Positions 58,484 to 64,000 of a DNA stretch of 64,000 nucleotides are shown here, one piece after another; the first letter of the stretch is position 1, and each line of letters begins with the position of its first letter. Made by a program: the position numbers and the translations under genes. The stretch comes from Acidobacteriota bacterium (GTDB lineage Bacteria; Acidobacteriota; UBA6911; RPQK01; JAJDTT01): assembly GCA_965217775.1 (NCBI GenBank), contig CBDCJH010000002.1:5344001-5408000 (forward strand), in the 5' to 3' direction. The notes under the pieces are model-generated. The model was not told the DNA's origin. It searched no databases and saw nothing but the letters and a program-made list of their open reading frames with translations.

Positions 58484-61183
58484 TCAGTTCACCGAACTGA
58501 ACTCGCTGGACGCCAGCAACATCTGAGCGTATTTGGGCCAGGGATTTTCTTCTCCCTGCAGATATTCGAGACCCATGCGGATCTCGGCCGGTTCCGGGGG
58601 GCGGCCGTACAACAGGGTGTAGGCCCGCCGGATCCGGGCTCGGCCGTCTTGGGGAGACTCTCTGGCCAGGCGCCTGGCCAGGGCTTCCGCCTGCTCCATG
58701 ACGAAGGGGCTGTTCAGGAAGAAGAGCCTCTGCATGGGGCCGACGGTGACGGTTCGTCGATCGCTGTGGGCATTGGGGTCGGGAAAATCGAACAGGGCCA
58801 TGGTTCGGTCGGGCTGAGTCCGGCTGACGGTGGCGTAAAGGGCGCGGCGCCGGTGCTTTTCGTCCAGCGGCGTCGGAGACCCGCCCAGCTTCCGTTCCAG
58901 TTTCCCCGAGACGGCCAGAATCGTATCCCGCAAGGTTTCCGCATCCAGTCTCGGGACCGGGTTCATCCGCCACAGCAGCCGGTTCTGCGGATCCTGCTCG
59001 AAGTTCTCCTGCCGGTGCCGGCTGCTCAGAGCATAGGTGGCCGACAGCATGATTTCCCGGTGGAGCTGTTTGACGGACCATCCGCTTCCAATGAAACGCG
59101 CCGCCAGATAGTCCAGCAGCCGGGGATGGCTGGCCGGTTCTCCCAATCTCCCCAGATTGCTTGGCGTCGGGATGATCCCCCTTCCAAAGTGGTGCTGCCA
59201 GATCCGATTGACCATGACTCGCGCGGTCAGGGGATTCCGGGAATCGGCAATGGCCTTCGCCAACTCCAGGCGGCCACTGCCTCCGGTGAAGCTCTTGGGT
59301 GTCCCGTCGCTCAGAATGTGGAGGAATCGTCTGGGAGCCACCTCCCCCAGGTTCTTCCTGTCCCCTCGGATGGCGACCCGGAGATCCTTCGGTTTCTCCT
59401 GATCCTGAAAGCTGTGGAGGAAGGGATAGGGCTCGGGTCCCGACTCCTCCAGATGCTTCAGCTCGCCGCGCATCCGGTCCAGGTGACCTTTCCAGACGGG
59501 GCTGAGAAAGCGATCGATCTCCAGCCCTTCTTCCGCGCCGTAGTAGAAAACTCCACCCGGGTACCTGAAGCTCCCTCTGGGATGGGGCTCCGACGCCAAA
59601 TCTCTCCACAGGTACCACTTCTCCAGGTCGAGGAACTCCAGGTTGGTGAATTGACGGGTGCCCTGGTCGGCGACCCCTTTGGCCCCGCCCAACTTCACGT
59701 AGTTCCGATCCTCGATGGCCTTCTTCTCGGAGTGGACGGCCAACACCACGTCCTGAAAGCGGAGTGAGAGATCGTTCACCTGCTGCTGGATTCCTCCCTG
59801 GCTCCTCAGCTCTTCCCATTCGCGGAGGTACGGGTGTTCCAGGTCCGATCGCTCCAGGTACTTGACCCAGCGCTCCAGGACCTCCGAGTCGAGATCCGCC
59901 GGCGGCGTCTGCGGATTCCCGTTCATCGCCTTCCAGGCGGCCACCAGGTAGTCGGAGGTCTGTCCCATCAGGATTTCCGTAAGTTGTTCCGTCTGGGCCT
60001 TGATGAAGGCCTGGATTGCCTCCTTCTGGGTGTTGATCCGCTCCTGGCTCTGCTTGTAGGCCTGGACTATGGAGTCGGCCACCAGGGGGTGTTCCGCGGC
60101 TTTGCTGCTGGTGAACACACCCTTCAGGGAATAGAAGTCCTGGGTGGGGATGGGATCGTACTTGTGGTCGTGACACCGGGCGCAGCCCACGGTCAGTCCC
60201 AGAAAAGTTCGGGCCGTGACGTCCACCAGGTCGTCCAGGTTGGGCGCGATGACGAGGAAGCCCAGGCCCGGTAGCAATTTCTCCCCGACTTCGGGCGGCA
60301 GTTGATCGGCCGCCACCTGGGCCAGGATGAATTGATCGTAGGGCAGATCCCGGTTGAAAGCCTCGACCACCCAATCCCGATAGCGGAAGGCGTTGGGATA
60401 GGGAGTGTCCGTCCGGGCTCCCAATCTGCCGTCGGAATACCGGGCGAGGTCCAGCCAGTGCCGGCCCCAACGTTCGCCGTAGTGCCGGGAGCCGAGGAGC
60501 CGCTCCACGACCCGGGAAAAGGCGTCCGGGGAAGTGTCGCCGACGAAGGCCTCCACCTCTTCGGGCCTGGGCGGCAGTCCGATCAGGTCGAAGCTGGCTC
60601 TCCGGATGAGAGTTCTCCTGTCGGCGGACCCGACGGGAGCCAGACCCTCTTTTTCCAGTCTGTCCAGGACAAAATAATCGATGGGGCTTCGAGGCCAGGA
60701 GGTGTCGGTCACCGAGGGAGGATTCGTCACCTGAAGTGGCCGGAGCGACCAGAAGGCGCGCTGTTCGGGGGTGACGGTGTAAGTGGCGGCCGGCGCCGAG
60801 GCGATCAGCTTGTCTCCGGTATCCGGCCAGACGGCTCCGGCGTCGATCCAATTGCGTAGATCCTCGATCTTCCGGTCGTCGAGTTTCCCCTGAGGAGGCA
60901 TCTGCAGCCGTTCATGGGTGTGGGAGACGACCCGGATCAGGAGGCTGCCGGCAGAATTTCCCGGCCGGATGGCCGGTCCCGAGCTTCCGCCGCGAACCAG
61001 CTCCTCCCTCGAATCCAGTCGAAGATCTCCCTTTCGGGCGCTGGTATGACAGGCATGGCAGTTTTCGGCCAACAGGGGCCGAATGCGCATTTCGAAGAAC
61101 TCGGCGGTGGCCGGATCGGTGCTGAACAGAGTCGATGCCAGACCCGTCAAAGCCCCGATTGCCAGTAAGACCCGTCTGATCAT
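58484..61183 (-). CDS. DUF1549/DUF1553 (PSD1) protein with planctomycete cytochrome c domain
   Basis: CHACH, MPP, YGERWGRHWLDLARY, CARCHDHKYDPI, NPLTARVMVNRIWQHHFG. Confidence 0.92.
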   Translation of the reverse strand: MIRRVLLAIGALTGLASTLFSTDPATAEFFEMRIRPLLAENCHACHTSARKGDLRLDSREELVRGGSSGPAIRPGNSAGSLLIRVVSHTHERLQMPPQGKLDDRKIEDLRNWIDAGAVWPDTGDKLIASAPAATYTVTPEQRAFWSLRPLQVTNPPSVTDTSWPRSPIDYFVLDRLEKEGLAPVGSADRRTLIRRASFDLIGLPPRPEEVEAFVGDTSPDAFSRVVERLLGSRHYGERWGRHWLDLARYSDGRLGARTDTPYPNAFRYRDWVVEAFNRDLPYDQFILAQVAADQLPPEVGEKLLPGLGFLVIAPNLDDLVDVTARTFLGLTVGCARCHDHKYDPIPTQDFYSLKGVFTSSKAAEHPLVADSIVQAYKQSQERINTQKEAIQAFIKAQTEQLTEILMGQTSDYLVAAWKAMNGNPQTPPADLDSEVLERWVKYLERSDLEHPYLREWEELRSQGGIQQQVNDLSLRFQDVVLAVHSEKKAIEDRNYVKLGGAKGVADQGTRQFTNLEFLDLEKWYLWRDLASEPHPRGSFRYPGGVFYYGAEEGLEIDRFLSPVWKGHLDRMRGELKHLEESGPEPYPFLHSFQDQEKPKDLRVAIRGDRKNLGEVAPRRFLHILSDGTPKSFTGGSGRLELAKAIADSRNPLTARVMVNRIWQHHFGRGIIPTPSNLGRLGEPASHPRLLDYLAARFIGSGWSVKQLHREIMLSATYALSSRHRQENFEQDPQNRLLWRMNPVPRLDAETLRDTILAVSGKLERKLGGSPTPLDEKHRRRALYATVSRTQPDRTMALFDFPDPNAHSDRRTVTVGPMQRLFFLNSPFVMEQAEALARRLARESPQDGRARIRRAYTLLYGRPPEPAEIRMGLEYLQGEENPWPKYAQMLLASSEFSSVN

Positions 61184-61196
61184 GGGTTTGGAGGCA

Positions 61197-61226
61197 AAGT
61201 TACCAATGCCCTGGAGAGCCTGTCAA
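61197..61226 (-). promoter_or_regulatory. Sigma70-type promoter of the DUF1553-DUF1501 operon
   Basis: TTGACA-18 bp-TAACTT with TG extension, 13 nt before the ATG. Confidence 0.65.
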
Positions 61227-61305
61227 CGGTCGGCGAGAAGCGAAATGTGACGGTGAAGCAGGCTGGGAACGACCATTTGAGTCGTCCGGACCCGTTATGG
61301 CCGGG

Positions 61306-62223
61306 TCAGACCGCCGCGGTGATCCGGAGTTTGGGGACGTTCACCATCACCTTGGACCCGGGAGGAACGCTGGAGATGATCCAGACGTTTCCACCGATGA
61401 TGGAGTTGCGACCGATGACCGTGTTGCCTCCGAGAATGGTGGCCCCGGAATAGATCACCACGTTGTCCTCGATGGTGGGATGGCGCTTCTTCCCGCGGGC
61501 TGCGGCGGCCCCTTCGGGAAAGCTCAGCGCCCCCAGTGTCACACCCTGGTAGAGCTTGACGTTGTTTCCGATCTCGGTGGTCTCGCCGATGACGACGCCG
61601 GTCCCGTGGTCGATGAAGAAGCGGCGGCCGATGCGAGCGCCGGGGTGGATGTCGATACCCGTTTCGAGATGGGCATATTCGGTCATGATCCTGGGAATCA
61701 ACGGCACCTTGAACCGGGTCAACTCGTGGGCGACCCGGTAAACGCTGATGGCCTTCATGGCGGGATAGCTGAGAATGATCTCGTGGGTGCTCTTGGCCGC
61801 CGGATCGCCGTCCAGGGCAGCCTCCAGGTCCAGATCCAAGAGACGCCGGAGCCGCGGCAGGGTTTGGAGGAACTTCCGGCAGAGTTCTTCCGTACGCTCC
61901 TCCCTTCCGTCCAACTCGGTCCCGGATTCCAGGCGCAGTGCCTTGCGGATCTCGTGTGAGAGCCGACGGTACACCACCTCCACCAATTCGCCGAGGTACT
62001 GCTCCACGCCAGGTTCGGTGACCGATACGTGCCCGAAGTAGCCGGGGAAGAGGATCATTCGAATCTTTCCCAGGACCTCCACCACCACCCGTTCGTTGGG
62101 GAACGGCGTCTCCCCCAAGTGCTGGAGCTTCAGACGGCTGTCCCGGTAGGTGCCGGCGATCTCCTCGACGATCTTGGAAAGAGAGTGTCCACCTGGGGCG
62201 GCGCGGACAATTTTGGAACCCAT
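61306..62223 (-). CDS. cysE: Serine O-acetyltransferase (CysE/EpsC type)
   Basis: [45 protein letters not shown]. Confidence 0.92.
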   Translation of the reverse strand: MGSKIVRAAPGGHSLSKIVEEIAGTYRDSRLKLQHLGETPFPNERVVVEVLGKIRMILFPGYFGHVSVTEPGVEQYLGELVEVVYRRLSHEIRKALRLESGTELDGREERTEELCRKFLQTLPRLRRLLDLDLEAALDGDPAAKSTHEIILSYPAMKAISVYRVAHELTRFKVPLIPRIMTEYAHLETGIDIHPGARIGRRFFIDHGTGVVIGETTEIGNNVKLYQGVTLGALSFPEGAAAARGKKRHPTIEDNVVIYSGATILGGNTVIGRNSIIGGNVWIISSVPPGSKVMVNVPKLRITAAV

Positions 62224-62270
62224 GACCCTGAATCCTCGCCAACAGTTTACTACGGCGCCGCAATCGGTGT

Positions 62271-62324
62271 CAGGATGCGGTCTCCGCCCGGGTCGACCGC
62301 CGCGACGATTTTTGCCACGGGCTG
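62271..62324 (-). mobile_element. Eroded MITE end abutting the acyl-CoA dehydrogenase -10 box
   Basis: ...GCCGCGACGATTTTTGCCACGGGCTG matches the element end; followed by C-TATGAT-7 nt-ATG. Confidence 0.65.
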
Positions 62325-62338
62325 CTATGATCCGATCC

Positions 62339-63505
62339 ATGTCCGAGTTCGGTTCGTCTCCGCCGCCCCTCACGGAACTGTCGGAATCTGAGATGCTGTT
62401 TCGAGACGCCGTCTCCGACTTTGCCCAGAGCGAGGTCCGGCCACTGGCCGCCGCCATGGATCGGGACGGAGCCTTCCGGCCCGAACTCCTGAAACAGTTC
62501 TTCCAACTGGACCTGATGGGGATCGAGATCCCCGCGTCTCTGGGTGGGGCCGGCGCCAGTTTCTTCATGTCGATTCTGGCGGTGGAGGCGCTGAGCCAGG
62601 CGGATGCCTCGGCCGGAGTCGTCGTGGACGTCCAGAACACCCTGGTCAACAACGCTCTGCTGCGATGGGGGACCCGGTCCCAAAAGGAGCGGTATCTGCC
62701 TCGCATGGCCTCGCGGTGGGTGGGCGCCTACGCCCTCTCCGAGGCGACCTCGGGCAGCGACGCCTTTACCATGGCCGCCCGGGCCTCCAGGCAGGGCGAC
62801 CGTTACCTTCTCAACGGGCAGAAGCTGTGGACCACGAATGCGGCGGAAGCCGATCTCTTCATCGTCTTCGCCAACGCAGCCCCCGAGAAGAGGTACAAGG
62901 GCATCACCGCCTTCCTGGTGGAGCGGGGGTTTTCCGGATTCCGCGTCGGGAAGAAGGAGGACAAGTTGGGCATTCGCGCCTCGTCCACCTGCGAGCTGAT
63001 CCTGGAGGATTGCGCCGTGCCTGCGGAAAACGTGCTGGGAGAAGAGGGTATCGGCTACAAGGTCGCCATCGAGACTCTGAATGAAGGCCGGATCGGAATC
63101 GGCGCCCAGATGATCGGCTTGGCCCGGGGGGCCCTGGACCATGCCGTGGCCTACTGTCGAGAGCGGGAGGCGTTCGGCAAGCCCATCGGCCAGTTCCAGG
63201 GGGTCCAGTTCTCGGTGGCGGAAATGGAGACGGAGCTGGAGGCGGCGAGACTCCTGGTCTACAACGCGGCACGGTTGAAGGGCGCGGGCAAGGCCTTTCT
63301 GAAGGAGGCGGCGATGGCGAAATACTTCAGCTCCAAGGTCGCCGAGAAGATCACGTCCCGGGCGATCGAGATTTTCGGAGGCTATGGCTACACTCGGGAT
63401 TATCCGGTGGAGAAGTATTTTCGGGACTCCAAGATCGGGTCCATCTACGAGGGCACGACCCACATGCAGCTCGCCACCATCGCCAAGCAGGTCCTCAACC
63501 CGTAG
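62339..63505 (+). CDS. Acyl-CoA dehydrogenase (short/branched-chain type)
   Basis: [68 protein letters not shown]; alternative start 62327. Confidence 0.94.
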   Translation: MSEFGSSPPPLTELSESEMLFRDAVSDFAQSEVRPLAAAMDRDGAFRPELLKQFFQLDLMGIEIPASLGGAGASFFMSILAVEALSQADASAGVVVDVQNTLVNNALLRWGTRSQKERYLPRMASRWVGAYALSEATSGSDAFTMAARASRQGDRYLLNGQKLWTTNAAEADLFIVFANAAPEKRYKGITAFLVERGFSGFRVGKKEDKLGIRASSTCELILEDCAVPAENVLGEEGIGYKVAIETLNEGRIGIGAQMIGLARGALDHAVAYCREREAFGKPIGQFQGVQFSVAEMETELEAARLLVYNAARLKGAGKAFLKEAAMAKYFSSKVAEKITSRAIEIFGGYGYTRDYPVEKYFRDSKIGSIYEGTTHMQLATIAKQVLNP

Positions 63506-63535
63506 GGACCCCGCCCCGGGCTAGTCGTCATTTTC

Positions 63536-64000
63536 ATGGAAAAGCTGGAACTTCCGGTTCCCGTCGCCATTTTCTCCAGGGATCTGCTGCGCTGGTACCA
63601 GCGGCACCGGCGGGATCTTCCCTGGCGCCGCCGCTTGGAGCCCTATCCGGTCCTCTTGGCCGAGGTGATGCTCCAACAGACTCAGGTGAAGACCGTCGTT
63701 CCCTACTACCAGAGGTTCCTGAAACGCTATCCGACGCTGGAAGATCTGGCCGCAAGCGACGAGGAGGAAGTCCTTTCCCTCTGGTCCGGACTGGGATACT
63801 ACCGCCGGGCCCGAAATCTCCGCCGGGCGGCCCAGCAGATCCGTGACTGCCATGGCGGGGAGTTCCCTCGGACTTACGAGGAGATCATCCAGTTGCCTGG
63901 AGTCGGCCGGTATACGGCGGGAGCCGTCCTCTCCATCGCCTGCGGACAGCCCCTGCCCATCCTGGACGGCAACATCCGAAGGCTCTTCGCCCGTTACCTC
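63536..64000 (+). CDS. mutY: A/G-specific adenine glycosylase MutY (3'-truncated by window edge)
   Basis: Hand translation: WYQRHRRDLPWR, EVMLQQTQV, WSGLGYYRRARNL, LPGVGRYTAGAVLSIA, LDGN. Confidence 0.95.
   Translation, partial: MEKLELPVPVAIFSRDLLRWYQRHRRDLPWRRRLEPYPVLLAEVMLQQTQVKTVVPYYQRFLKRYPTLEDLAASDEEEVLSLWSGLGYYRRARNLRRAAQQIRDCHGGEFPRTYEEIIQLPGVGRYTAGAVLSIACGQPLPILDGNIRRLFARYL

Noticed and set aside
12323-59767. Long antisense ORFs (e.g. 12323-14374, 18128-20683, 31008-32780, 54803-56959, 57845-59767)
   Set aside because: Shadow frames of well-recognised genes, expected from GC-rich codon bias; no motifs

Overview
GC-rich bacterial chromosomal window. The gene content (DUF1553/DUF1501 pair, LPS heptosyltransferase, PQQ-type propeller, STAS/anti-sigma pair) suggests an Acidobacteriota-like organism; this is inference only. 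Bases 1-10.7 kb are a defence island. It holds the C-terminal part of a probable NACHT/STAND-type protein, a tightly coupled minus-strand operon higB-higA(HTH+ImmA/IrrE peptidase)-type III mod-AbiJ-like HEPN gene-type III res, and a second higBA whose toxin 5' end is disrupted. The rest is mostly housekeeping and metabolic genes: uxs, uvrB, aroA, aroK, mltD-like, clpB, grpE, ruvC, yebC, truA, uppS, cdsA, dxr, rseP, dtd, a B12 acyl-CoA mutase with isobutyryl-CoA mutase signature residues, thpR, pncC/cinA, pgpA, yacG, moxR-DUF58-transglutaminase, ruvBA, pyrF, wzt, cysE, an acyl-CoA dehydrogenase and mutY. The most striking non-coding structure is a ~158-bp non-autonomous element (MITE) with imperfect terminal inverted repeats and 4-bp YTAN target duplications. 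There are 6 near-full copies, one internally deleted copy and several eroded ends. At four genes (moxR, gfo, wzt, acyl-CoA dehydrogenase) the terminal TG of the element directly forms a TGn-TAnnnT extended -10 motif; at three of them the motif lies 6-7 nt before a leaderless start codon. GTAG-type REP palindromes and purine heptamer repeats are also present. No rRNA, tRNA, CRISPR array or transposase was recognised.
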